From NCBI GenBank assembly GCA_051942245.1, contig JAVECL010000130.1, positions 1-47,387 on the forward strand: a stretch of 47,387 nt of DNA, written 5' to 3'. The notes beneath the pieces are model-generated. The model was not told the origin of the DNA. It did not search any database and saw nothing but the letters and a program-made list of their open reading frames with translations. Source of the stretch: Trypethelium eluteriae (lineage: Eukaryota). A program made the translations under genes and the position numbers. Shown one piece after another: positions 1-12,025 of the stretch. Positions within the stretch are counted from its first letter, which is position 1, and every line of letters starts with the position of its first letter.

Positions 1-3000
1 GCTTCGTCCCCGCCCCAGGCCCATGCATCCCATTCACCGTCGAATGCCGGCGGGGCGCCCCCGCCGCGGCGCTCTTATTCGGTGACGCGGCGCTCGTCTT
101 GAAGCTCGTGCCAGGAGGTTCAGGCAAGGGACGAGGACGCACGGAAGAAGCGGGGGTGGCGTGGTGCTGGGTGGAGTTGACGCGCTTGATCGGGAAGGAG
201 GCGGCGACGGCGCTGGCGCCCGTGGTGAGGGAGGAGTTGCTGCTGGTGGCGGCGGCGTTGGCCTGGGCGGCAGCAGCAGCAGAGCGTGTGGTGGGTCCCG
301 TGACGGAGCGGCCGCCGGGGGCCCGCTTGACGCCGGTGACGAAGTCGTGGTGGAGGGCTTCGTCGGGTTTGAGGCGGCGATCCGGGTCCCAGCGGAGGCA
401 GCGGGCGAGGAAGTCGAGGAAGGCGTCGTCGTCGCACTTGAGCGTGCCCTGTAGCGTCTTGGAGCTGGCGCGGCGGCGACGGCCTTTGGAGGAGACGGTG
501 ATGCGGGGTTTACCCATGGAGTCGAAGAAGAGCTTTTTGCGGGTGCTCTTCTCGATGAGGTGTTTTTCGGGGGGTCCGAAGATCTCCATGATGCAGGCGA
601 GTTGCTCTTGCTCGTTTTCGCCGGGGAAGATTGGGTAGCCAGTCAAGAGTTCGGCGAGGATGCAGCCGAGACTCCACATATCGATGGGGAGACCATAGCT
701 CATGCCAAGGATGACTTCGGGAGATCGATAGAATCGCGACTGAATGTAAGTATAGACTTTTTCGTTTTCGAAACAGCTAGATCCAAAATCAATGACTTTG
801 ATTTCAGAGTGCAGTGGATGAGCAAGAAGAATGTTCTCAGGTTTCAAGTCACAATGTATGACTCGGTGACTCTTGAGGAGTACAAGGGCGCTTAGCATTT
901 GCTTCGTAAAACGTCGAATCAACTTGAGTGAAAAGCCCTTGAAATCATGCGCCTTGATAAATTCATAGAGGTTCATACCAAGGAGTTCGGTCGAGATGCA
1001 GAGATGACCACGAAAGTAGAAACTTTGGGTGAAGTTGATCATGCTGTGTCTGTTGTGAGGGTCCTGCTTCCACTTAGCATGAGTCTTCCATACTTTCACC
1101 ATGGTACATACCCATTCGCGGAGTTTCTGCAAGATATTGACCTCCACCAAGGCCTGCTGGTGGAACCGTTTCTTATTCCGTATGATCTTCACTGCAACAA
1201 GTTGGCCGGTTTTGTGATCAACGCACCGTACGACCTGCCCGAAACTTCCCTTGCCAAGCAAATCCACGACCTCATAGCGGTATGAAAGATGATCGCCGTA
1301 AACAATGTTGTAATCACCCCTCTCATCATCATAACCAAAATTTGCGGATTGAGCATTCAAGTCTCCAGACACTTTCTTCGCACTCTTCGTGCCACAGAAA
1401 AACACTTCCCTGTAATCAATAATCTCTCCTCGTTCGAATAAGTTCAGATTGACCATAGTCAGTGCCTGAGCTGGAGAGACTCTCTCCTTCGGTGTAGCAC
1501 GCTTCCGCAATTCGTCGACCTCTCTTGCTGCAAACTCGAAATCTTTTCGCCTAGATGCAAGCTTCTTCATTTCTTCGTCCGCCGCGAGGTCATCTTTATC
1601 CAGGTTGAAGTCCAGGTTTCGGGCTTTCAAGGTATTGATAGATTTCCTTGACCCCAACGACCAAATTGATGAAGATGGTGCTCTATGACTGCCCACTGTT
1701 TGCTCTGAAGAGGCAGAAGAAACACTGAGAGGGACTCTGGCAGCGGGGCCACGGACAGCGTCCGGTTCGGACACTAGCGTTGTTGCAGAGCTCTTTCTTC
1801 GTCTTGCGCTAAGCGACTGTTGAGCTGCCGAGGCGGGACTCGAATTAACATCAATTGGCCCGCTCCAGGTGGCAGAGGCCGGTAGTTTTGGAGGAGGCAT
1901 ATCATTGTGTTTAGATTGCTGCAGCTGACGTGCCTCGTCCCCATTCTGAGCAACATGCGATGCTTTCGACGAGCTTCTCTTCCATCGAGCACTGAGTTTC
2001 CGTCGCAAAGAGGAGCCTGACGGAGGGCTTTCGGGCTGTTCTGAGAGTGAGGTCTGATTGTCCGGCATAGATGCTGCGGTATCTTTGCGATGATTAGATT
2101 GTGTGGGATGAGTCGTCGGAGCTGGGTAGTCCTGATGGTGGACGTCAAGTGTACTGTGGTCTGCCTCCGCGTCAGGACTCGAGACCATTCGTCCAAATCC
2201 ATCGCCGTTCTTTGGAAGAGACGAAGACGCAAATGGTGTTGTGGCCTGTCGACCGTTCATTATAGGTACACCGGTCTGGAAGGTGTATTCGTCATTGAAA
2301 GTCGAACCACCAGATATTCCAAAATGAGATGTGTTACTTCTCAGGTTGATAGGTGGCGGCAGACCGTCGTCTGTAAACTCATTTCTTGGGAAGACGGCTT
2401 TTGAGGCAGTCATTGGTGTACTTGGGGTCTTGTTGACATTTCGTTTCGGTGGAGGCGTGGTGATCCGGTCATTGAGATCATCAGAGGGCGTAGGAAGAGT
2501 ATCGAATCGGTTATTTGCTGACGAGCCAAATGGCAGAAGGTTCAACGGGGGCAATCGTAACGGTTGGAGATTTCTTCGATTGGTCTGGAGCGGCTGAGGT
2601 TTTTCTGCATCAGAACCTGTTCCAATCGTGAGGCCCCGCCGATGTCTCTTCGAATCATCGGACGTCTTTGGTGGCTCTGCGAAAGCAGCGTAATCAAATT
2701 CTACTGTACCTAAGCCTTGAGTAGCCTCTTGTGAAGGCGTTCCGGGACCACTATATTCATGGCTGCCATTTGCTTTTGAGAGCTCGTGAATGTGGTCAAA
2801 GAACGGTTGCTCTGGCACATCCTTAGGGCTCTCGTACGCTTTTGGGATAGCGGGCACCGGAGGCACTTCTTCTGTTTCATGAACGCCGGCCGAACTATGG
2901 ACTGTACGCGGTTTTGGTGTTGGCAGTCTAGAAGTGGATAGGTTTTGACTCCACCTGTTTTGTCCAGAGTTGCGTAATGAGTTGACACTGGAGCTCGATG

Positions 3001-4571
3001 AGAGTGACACACCAAAACCATTGGATTTACGGTTGGGATCGGGTGTTGCTCGAGCAGAAGATGGTGTAATGCTTTTGCGTGGTATCATGGAGGGAGAGGG
3101 ACCAGTGAGTCGATCAACAAACGAGAAGTCAGGTAGAGGATAGTCCGGTAATGGGGTAAGAGGAGTTTCGGGCACAGCAAGGGGATCCTGGACCATCGAA
3201 AGACGCTTTAATCGATGTGTATCGGTGGGACTGATAGTGCGAGCACCGAGTCCACCGACATGGCCATGGACCGACTGACGCTTATTAGCAGACGAGGAGG
3301 GAGTCTGAGTGCGCTGTTGAGCCTGCAATCTTCCAGGAGACTGTGGATTATGAATGCTCCCAGATCTTGATGGCTCTGGAGTAAACGAATTCACCAAATG
3401 CTGATGTGGGGGAGAATGTATTGACTTTGCCTTCACATTCCGCGGGGTTCTTGGTTCCTGCGGGACTTCTCCTTCTGTGCTGGCGATGCCTGGTGTAACG
3501 CGCCTAGTCGCTCTGCTACTCGACGCACTACGACTAAGGCTGGTCGAGCTTGTCGTTGATTTAGTGGGAGAGGTTCGCCGCGGGCCCTCTTTTCCGGCAG
3601 CCGCGGGAGTCAATGCGACTGGCCCAACTGACTTTCTTGGTGCTCTTGTATTGCTGCCATTCGACTGCTGTGGAGAAGCTGGGGTTGGAGCTGGAAATTG
3701 ACTTTGCCGGCGAGTACGCAGCGACAATGGAGCCGTAGGTGGTGGCATAGAGTTATCGGAAGATTTTTGACCATTTCTGCCGAACCTTTGCACGAGGGAA
3801 GAGCTCCTTGTTGGATGGGTATTGGCGGCTGCTGAGGTTGGCTTGGCGGGAGCACCCTCTGGATGCGACCCATTCTGCCGAGCAGCAGTTGCTGGACCCA
3901 GTTCCGACATTATTCGGTGTCCACCTCCTGGAGCAGGGAATTGGCTCAATTGCAGGTCATTGTTTGTGAGATTGGTGTGCAGGTCATCGAAATTGATGGA
4001 CGGTAAGAACTCCGAAAAATCATTCTCACTACCCTCGATTTTGGCAGATTCCATATTCAGAGCATAGCTGGGATTGTTTTCTCGTTCTTTACTGCGAGTG
4101 CTGAAGAAAGGTTCGCTTGAAGAATTAGGCAGGAAGGTCCGGCTGGTGTTGCTTGAAGGGAGGGAGGAGATATCACTAATAACTCTAGATTTCCAATTAG
4201 TACTGATACGCCCATGTGGAGATAGTTCTTGCTTACCGCTTTGAGGCAGATTGATCAAGCGGTCGCGGACCAGATGGTGCTTTGTGTTCTCGAAATGTTG
4301 ATCGTCGTCGGTTGGCAAGAGCCGAATTTCCCTCTACGCCTGTCTTTGCTGTACCAAGGCCTCCTATCTGTCGCCGACCGGGTCTCTCATTTTCTGCTGT
4401 AGACTTTTGAAACCTCCCAACTTTCCTGGCAGGACCTTCGGCTGGCAAAATGTTAGCATTATTTGACCATAGGCTATTGTCGTCAAGTGTTCCGTCGGCC
4501 GTACCTCCAGAGCCAGAGTCGTCTGCTGGCGTAAACCCGGTTGACCTCGTTCCAAATTGGGTGGAATCCAT
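1..4571 (-). CDS. pom1: Dual-specificity tyrosine-phosphorylation-regulated kinase (DYRK, Pom1/PomA-like); 3' end runs off the window. Exons 4571-4237, 4184-1112, 1063-<1
   Basis: Minus-strand translation gives kinase motifs HCDLKPENILL, KVIDFGSSCF, the DYRK activation loop VYTYIQSRFYRSPEVILG, and DMWSLGCILAEL, after a long low-complexity Ser/Pro-rich N-terminus. Introns GTAAGC..CTAG (4236-4185) and GTATGT..GCAG (1111-1064). The start ATG at 4571 is the best guess. Confidence 0.9.
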
Positions 4572-5341
4572 CGTAGCATATCCCGGCTCACGGTCTTTTC
4601 CGGGCAAAGGCCGAAATCTCTTTAAAAGCGTTGATAGTGTTTTGGTATGTTGAGCTCCGTATCCAGGAGATGCCGGTCTGCTCCTTCCCAAATTTCGTGC
4701 TTCAACTAGCCCGCAGTCGTCTCGATCGCTCTTAGCCGACTCGTCGTGGCAATAGGGTCACTGAAAACTGGGAGAAGGCATCATCAAGCTCAACGGAGGT
4801 GAGCGTTGCCGGGCGGAAGAATGCGGGCATCCATGGACGTGCCCATCAAGAAAACGTCGAGGTCAATGACAAGACATAGACGCGTAGAGTTTTCGGTGTT
4901 TCAATGGCATCAGATTGACAGTGTTGTTGTTGTCGCAATTTGCAGGTAGGCGGACTGGGGGACACTGGGGGTTGATCGGGGAGGTCTAATAGGTTCGCTT
5001 TGACCAGCAATAATACACATACCTACTGGCATGGAAACCTCCGGGGGAGCACACTTCGGACACACAACCCCCAAACTTCGCACTTGACGATCGTCTTGGG
5101 AATCATCAAATGCTTTAATCTGTAGAGTTCAGGTTCTTCACGTGCCTAAGCCAAGATCTCCCTAGACATTTACCAAATGCTGCAACAACTTCTGTTGTGA
5201 GTTCTTACCGCGGATCACTGCTCCTTCCCGACCTTGTCCGCACTCGGGAAGATTGCTCCTTGCGCCACTTTGTACATCTCAACATGTGAACACGCTCTGC
5301 CTTCGGATCGTAGTCTTTCATTACACTCTGGCCATTACAAC

Positions 5342-7010
5342 ATGGACGACACAGAGCAGGATGTCGGCTCTGAACCCTTCGCAAACCGCGACGAGCCTAT
5401 TCCCATAGTAGCAGTGTCCAGCCCACCAGAGGAAACAGGTGCATCATCCACTGCGAAGCATCTCGGCAAACGTGATATTATCAAAGGATCCAGCGACAAA
5501 TTAAAAGAAAAGTTGCAAGATGCCAGATCTCATAGTAGCCCTGAAGAGCGGACAACAATACAGGATCGAATCTTCTCTACGTCAGTCAAATCCATTCCCA
5601 ATCGCAGTCTACCAGGAATAATTATCAGCGACTAATCCGCATTTATAGTCTGCTGCAACAAGTCATACCAGCCCAAGACTTCAGTCACTCTGAAGATGCT
5701 AAAGACAGAAGATCGCGGAACTATATTCCTATAGAACGGCCAAATTTCAGTCTTCCATTGATGTCTACTAATTTTAGACGGTTTAATGCTAGGTGTGCCA
5801 TTCCATACCACTGTGCTCTCATTAGATGGCGAGACGAAGTCGCTTTGCTCCCACTTTCTTACGCTCCTTTTCTCCTAGGATTGGTGTGGCATTTGTTTTT
5901 CAAAATCGCCTCATTCGCCTCTTCGCCTGGCGTGTTCCAACCCAAACACTCTCCTTCCTTGCGGTCTATACCTTCATCTGCCTCGACCCCTATCTCCTTG
6001 CCGTATTCCCAATCGCCGCATGCCTTTTCTTCCTAATGGTCCCTGCATTCCTTGCGCGTCATCCTCCACCACCATCTTCAGATCTCTATCACGGAACCTA
6101 TTCTATCCGCGGCCCTCCCGTTGCTCCCCCACGAACCATCAAGCCAGCTCCAGAGCTCAGCAAGGATTTTTTTCGCAACATGCGCGATCTTCAAAACAGC
6201 ATGGAAGACTTCTCTCGACTTCACGACTCCTTGATTGCACTCATCACTCCCTACACCAATTTCTCTAACGAAGCCATCTCCTCGGCGCTCTTTATGGCTC
6301 TCGCCGGATCGGCTTGCGTGCTCTTCATCGCAGCGAACCATTTACCTTGGCGAGCTATATTCCTGGTTGGTGGCTGGGCCGTTACGCTTTGCGGGCACCC
6401 CAACGCTCAATCCTTCGTTCTCTCGGTTCAAGGAAACCGTGAGCTCAAAGAGCGCGAGGCAGAGGCTCACAGCAGGGTCTCGAAATGGGTCGCTGATGAT
6501 ATCGCACTTGATGCCGAGCCCGAAAGACGCGAAGTCGAGATCTTTGAGCTGCAGCATCGCGATTCCCTCGCTTTGGCGTCTTCAGGTGAATGGGAACCGT
6601 GGCTCTTCACACCTTCTCCCTATGATCCGCTATCTCCATCTCGCATAGCAGGCGAGAGACCGAAAGGGACACGGTTCTTTGAGGATGTAGGAGCGCCACC
6701 AGGATGGAGGTGGGCGGACAAGAAATGGACCTTAGATCTGCTAAGTCGGGAATGGGTGGACGAGAGGATCATAACTGGCGTGGAGGTGGAGATGGAAGGA
6801 GAGAGGTGGGTGTATGATATGTCGAAGGAGGACCGGGTAGAAGAGGAACATAGCTCTACCAGTTCTTCGAAGGGAAAGAAAAAAGAAGGCAAGTCAAAAG
6901 CCCCCAAAACTTGGGATGAAGGCACTGGTACTGGCTTGGTCGGAGAGTGGAGACGAAGGCGCTGGACGAGGATCGTGCGGCGAGAAGTCAGGACTAGCGA
7001 ACCAAGCTGA
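5342..7010 (+). CDS. PEX29: Integral peroxisomal/ER membrane peroxin, Pex24/Pex28/Pex29 family, with C-terminal dysferlin-like domain. Exons 5342-5580, 5649-5792, 5879-7010
   Basis: Spliced product reads RPNFSLPLMSTNFRRFNARIGVAFVFQ, then hydrophobic helices, ELSKDFFRNMRDLQNSM, EVEIFELQ, PPGWRWADKKWTLD and WRRRRWTR (DysF-like). Canonical GT-AG introns keep the frame. The exact paralog is uncertain. Confidence 0.85.
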
Positions 7011-7141
7011 ATTACGCCACGGTCAGCGTGATGCTTTCGGCTTCCATCACTGAGCTTGCACCTTGCATGATGAGTGTCCATTCGCCGCGTAGCAATGAAG
7101 CCACAACAGCGCCCAGAACTTCTGCAAAGCAGCGCTCTACA

Positions 7142-7850
7142 TCACATCAGCACTTGACAAATCGCGAGCTTCTCCATTTCCTATGCCCAGCCAAAAATCA
7201 ACATCAGCCGCATATATGAGAGCCTGTGTCCCAGATACTCCAACACCTCAATATTGGAATCGATTAGCTGTTATGCCGTCCTTCCGACGAGCTGTTCCCA
7301 AGCCATGTCAGAGAAGACGAGCTTGCCTGCTGCTAGACTACTAGATAGTAAATTGCTCTCACCAGCAACATATACGCGAGGTGTCGAAATTGAGATTAGT
7401 CGTCCGATTCTCAAGTTGTAAACCTTGTTCGCGTACCCTAGACGGACCTACTTGATGCGGAAGTCAACCACTTGATACTGAGAGGCAGGACCTCCGCAGT
7501 AAAAGACTTGCAGTAAGCGCTCCAGTACTATCTTTCAGTAATACCTTTATAAAACCCCGCGCCGCGGGTGGCCTCTTAGTAGAGGCTTGTTGATCATAGA
7601 AGTTGACAACTCCCCCCTGGTAACTCACATTTCCCGAACCGGGATCCGGAACGAGAGGTGCTATCTTGCCCTCTTCATACTCAGTCGGTGGTATACGGGT
7701 CTCCTCTATCTTTGGATCTGGGACTTTGCCCACGTCATCGGCTGTGAAGCCGTCTCCCAGCACAAGTGGAGCGCATGAATGTTTGCTGGGGCTCGAGCAT
7801 TTTAGTTGCATTGGAAAGGAAGATCGGATCGAGGGAGTTTTCGAGGCCAT
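7142..7850 (-). pseudogene. Decayed OB-fold nucleic-acid-binding gene (fungal MEIOB/RPA1-like). Exon 7850-7512, intron 7511-7448, exon 7447-7142 with two premature stops and an apparent large internal deletion
   Basis: Exon 1 reads MASKTPSIRSSF..GDGFT..EYEEGKIAPLVP..GGVVNFYDQ..RPPAARGFIKVLLKDSTGALT. After a GCAAGT..TAG intron the frame continues VRLGYANKVYNLRIGRLISISTP..SSS/LAAGKLVFSDMAWEQLVGRTA*QLIDSNIEVLEYLGHRLSYMRLMLIFGWA*EMEKLAICQVLM*. Stops are TAA 7273-7271 and TAG 7183-7181. Family recognised from memory of Pezizomycotina OB-fold proteins. Confidence 0.65.
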
Positions 7851-8214
7851 AACTTCATACTAACAGTTTTCGGGCATGTCTTACTTGGTTCCTGGTTGCA
7901 ATGGCGCTATTGATACAGTAGGGTTCGTAAATGTGCAGATAAGTACCTGTTAATTACCTAAAGGTATGGGTAGACAGTCACCTTTTCACGACTAACCTTA
8001 TTTAGACGTCAGAACTTGTCTCTATTGAGGCATATTCTACATAGTAAGGTATGATGGTGGAATTTGCTTATTTGCAGAAAAGACTTGTTGTGCGATACTT
8101 AATGAGAGATAGCACCTATCTGCGAAGCGCGTTGGGGCGCCTAATCAAAGCATTCTCGGCTTGGCAGCTTTCTGAGTGTTGAAGCACAGAGAGAAGAGAA
8201 TCGAATTCGACCAT

Positions 8215-9960
8215 CTAGAAGAGCTTATGCTCAAGAGTCATGTCAGATTCGGGTTGCAGACCGACGCAGGCCCGGAATATGTTCGTCAAGGCAGAGCGCT
8301 GTTTAGCGAGAGCGTTCACCACCGGAGTACCGGGAGGTGTAAGAGGGGCCTAATTCGATTAGCAGCTTATTCAACGTCTATCACGCATTCATAGAACTCT
8401 CATACCTTGAGCATGTAGCTAAGCACACTGAGAACGCTGTGGAATCCAGCATAGTCTTTACCTGAACCCTCTTCCCCATGCAGCCTCCACTGGATGCGCG
8501 TCATCATTTCTGCGACAATAACAAGATCGATGATGAGAGGCGATGCGAGCAAGGAGTCCTCGCAGACGTTGAACAAGCTGATTGTCTGATGTCCACCAAG
8601 GAAGATCTCCGCATAATATTCATCCAATGCACGCTTATTGTCCCCAACAGCAGGCATGTACTTAATGACAACGCAGTGGTCTGGATGCTCACCTTTCTTG
8701 TAGAGTACAGTATTCGCTGCCACCATGTCATCGACCACATTGGACTTGGAAATTTCTTTTGAACGAAACTGCTTTTGGGAACTTAGATTCATCCCATCAT
8801 TATTTCCAAGATGGTTGTAGCTAGAAATTGAAGTGAGCTTAATACCAGCATTGATCAGGAAGTCTACGAGGGCTGATTTCATCTTAGTCTGACCAGACTT
8901 GAAGTCGTCGCCGCCGATAAAGGCACCATGCTTCTCCGCCAGCTCGATAGCGCCAGGAACAAAAGTGTTCTGGGGAGAGCCATTGATGAATGGAGCATTT
9001 TCCAAGATGCAGGCCACAGCAAAGACAGTAGATGGCGCAATTTCAGTGTGCCCCTCTTTGATCGACTTGGTGAGATTGTCAGCTGTGTCGTTCACTCCTG
9101 GAATGATGTCTGCGTAACGTTCGGTATTGGCTGTCCACTGCACGATCACCTTGTCCAAGCCGTTGGCAGCCTTGAAGTCACTGTGAAACATGCATCGTCA
9201 GTATCAGAACCTCACAATCATGATTCAGAAACATGGCTCATCTCGCATACCGGATATCTTTACGGATCTGTTCTACATGGTCAAAAGAGGCATTGGTACC
9301 TTGAATCACATTATCGGCTCGGCCTTCCTGGTTGGCAGCAATGAAGTCTGGGTAGTAGATGCTTGGAAGTGGCTTCATCTGAGCCATTTGCTTCCGGACC
9401 AGATTTTTCAAGCTGGGCTCAAGAACGGCCGCACGGTCCATCGCATCAGCGAGATTCATGCCGCTGATGTCCCAACCTCCAATGGCCAGATCATTAGGGT
9501 GAACCATGGGGAGCATATTATGATAGGGAATGTTGACCTCTTCGCCGGTCTTGGCATGGGTGCCAAGCTTAATAGTCGATCCCATCACAACTGATCCATA
9601 GTAATTGGCAGCTCGTTTGCCCTCGCGGGTGTCCCATACAAGGCTATTGCGGTTTGCCATGATGCCTGCCGTAACAGTCGTACCGTTGTTACCTCCCCAA
9701 CCGACAAGCATCATGCCGGTCTTGGGTACTTTGCGGTCGACTTTGAGGTCATAGACAGTCTGCTTTGGAGTGGCCACGAGATTTCCAGCAGCGTCATTTG
9801 AGACATCAGTCGTGCGGTACGTATACGTAGTATTGATCTCCTTTTCAGAATAGCTGACGTGCGGAGAGTTGACCGTGAATTGAAGGTTGTGCAACGCTGC
9901 TGAAGGTGCATGCCCATTCCCATTCGCAGGACCATCGCTATACTCAGCGTGAGGAGCCAT
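8215..9960 (-). CDS. INO1: Myo-inositol-1-phosphate synthase. Exons 9960-9251, 9180-8406, 8349-8215
   Basis: MIPS core motifs [38 protein letters not shown] and [11 protein letters not shown]-terminus MTLEHKLF*. Two GT-AG introns. Confidence 0.98.
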
Positions 9961-12025
9961 GGCCGGTATAAATTGTGAGCTTTATACTACTGTCTTCGCT
10001 TAACGACTGCGAGGTACAGCTCCCAACGCTCTCCCAGCAGCGGCAGAGCGCTTTCCCGCGAAGGGATGGTGTAGCCTGATGCGGGCATTAGAATTCATTG
10101 TGGAAATTTTATTTACGGTATATTTTTGAAGGTTTTCACATTGTGTGCGAATTGTAAGACGTACGAATTTAGAAGATTGGAAAACGTCTTGGCGGCGGGT
10201 CACACACGACCCAAAGGCTCTCTAGATTCTGAGAGGATGTGGTATGTCTTGCTCAAGCTTGTTGAGGGAAAATAATTGGGCTTGTTGAGTATTTTTGTAG
10301 TGGTTTGTCACGGAAAATCTACAAGGGACAGATCTTAGTGCCGCGTGACTTCCCGGCTTGCCGCTGATAACACACCGTCGCGATACCATTTCCTTTCGGT
10401 GCTCCGCTGATATTGTTGTGATAAGGTAGTACTGGTTCTAGGTCTCCTGGCGAACAGTGGGCACACAAAGCGGTGAAAACACACCAAATCATCTCTCGGT
10501 ATGAAGTACAAAACCACAGGTCGCAGGACCAGCGGCTTCAATTCCTACCTTAGCGTGGGGATCCATCCGCCCATCCTGTGGAGATACCTATGTGAGATAA
10601 CGCTTCACACAGCGACGTAGTACGGAGTACTGTACTCGGTATGCTGCCACTTTGAAATACGTAAGGTAAGGTAGGCCTCCGTTGTTACGGTAACAGCTCA
10701 TCACTACTCCGTACATGTTGTACATAGCCATTTTCCATCGATGAGATCCATGCAGTTGTGGGGCGCCCAGGCGCATAATTTACTGTGCAGCTGCCAAGCA
10801 AGATTGGCATGGCGCGAACTCGAGCTTGCAGCCGCCAGCACATCGAGATTTGACAGCGATATTGTCTCCGCCGGTAATGCGTGCGTTCTCGTGGCCAAGC
10901 ATTAGTGCGGCGCTTTCGCGACAAAAGGCGCCGGAGAGTCTTCGCTGAGCTTTCCACTACTCTATTGAAGGTCGAACACGAATGTCAAGGTGCCCAGTGT
11001 GGCAGTCGGCTCCTACTGAAGCCTAGTCGAGGTGACGACAGAAGGCTAGTATCACTCGCACATGTTGATGAAGGCCCTGTCGCAATCCAATCCATGGCTC
11101 AAATCATAAGATTGCTGTTGTTCATTTCGGCCAACGTTGATGGCGCGTGCTGACCCCCGCGGCACATGCAGGGAGAAATAGCCTATAGGGGTGGGACTCC
11201 CGTCGATTCAGGGACGAGTGCTTGGCGATTGGTCAGAATTCGGAATGGCGTGCCAAAAGCACACTGTGGATCGAAATCTCCGCAGCCTCCTCTAGCCCTT
11301 TCCGTGCAGCCTGGCGTCTTTTAGGGCTCCGGGGTCACGTAGCGGTCTGATACCTTCTGCGACTCCTGCCGTCTCCATCATGAGCTCGAGTGTTGAGGGG
11401 TGGGCGAAGACGATGACACTATGATGGATCGCGTGCAAGAGCTCTGGTTTCAAGTACTACTTGCCGCAGCGTGACGCCAGTTGTACGGGAGCAGTCCTGT
11501 GAGTGTGAGGCAACAATCTTTCGTCTTCGTTCAGAGTTTCCCAAGTTATCGTCCCGTATATGCACATCTTGCGGCAAAGCATTCTCAGGTTGAGTACCTG
11601 CAGCAGCCTCTATCAGCGCCATTTCTTAAATTTATCTCGCCCGTTCCGAGGGAGCCGTTGGCTCGTGTCCCTCGCCTCCACACGTGCGACGCCTCCCTGG
11701 GGGAACTTGACTGCACTCATTTCATAGGGCAGCCATACATCGTCTTCCTTTCGCACCTTCTGATCTCCCAGCGGCTAGACCTGACAATCAATTGGATTGA
11801 GTTTCGATACTCTATACCTCACACAGAAGACACAAGATACGCTCTGTGTCCAAGACTTCGACGGTCGACGGCATAACGGCTCATCACAGCTACTTGAAAG
11901 TGATCATCCTGGCACGGCGCGCCCTTCTCGTTGTTATCTGAAGTTCCGTATGCCTGCCTTTGGAAGGTCACCTTTGAGCTTTGGAGGACCGACGTGAGGT
12001 CGTGTAGAGAAGAGCCTTTACAACG

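Noticed and set aside
99..1285. Plus-strand ORFs 99-638, 560-895 and 947-1285
   Set aside because: They are antisense shadows of the minus-strand DYRK kinase domain. The real frame is absent from the ORF track because it runs off the window edge.
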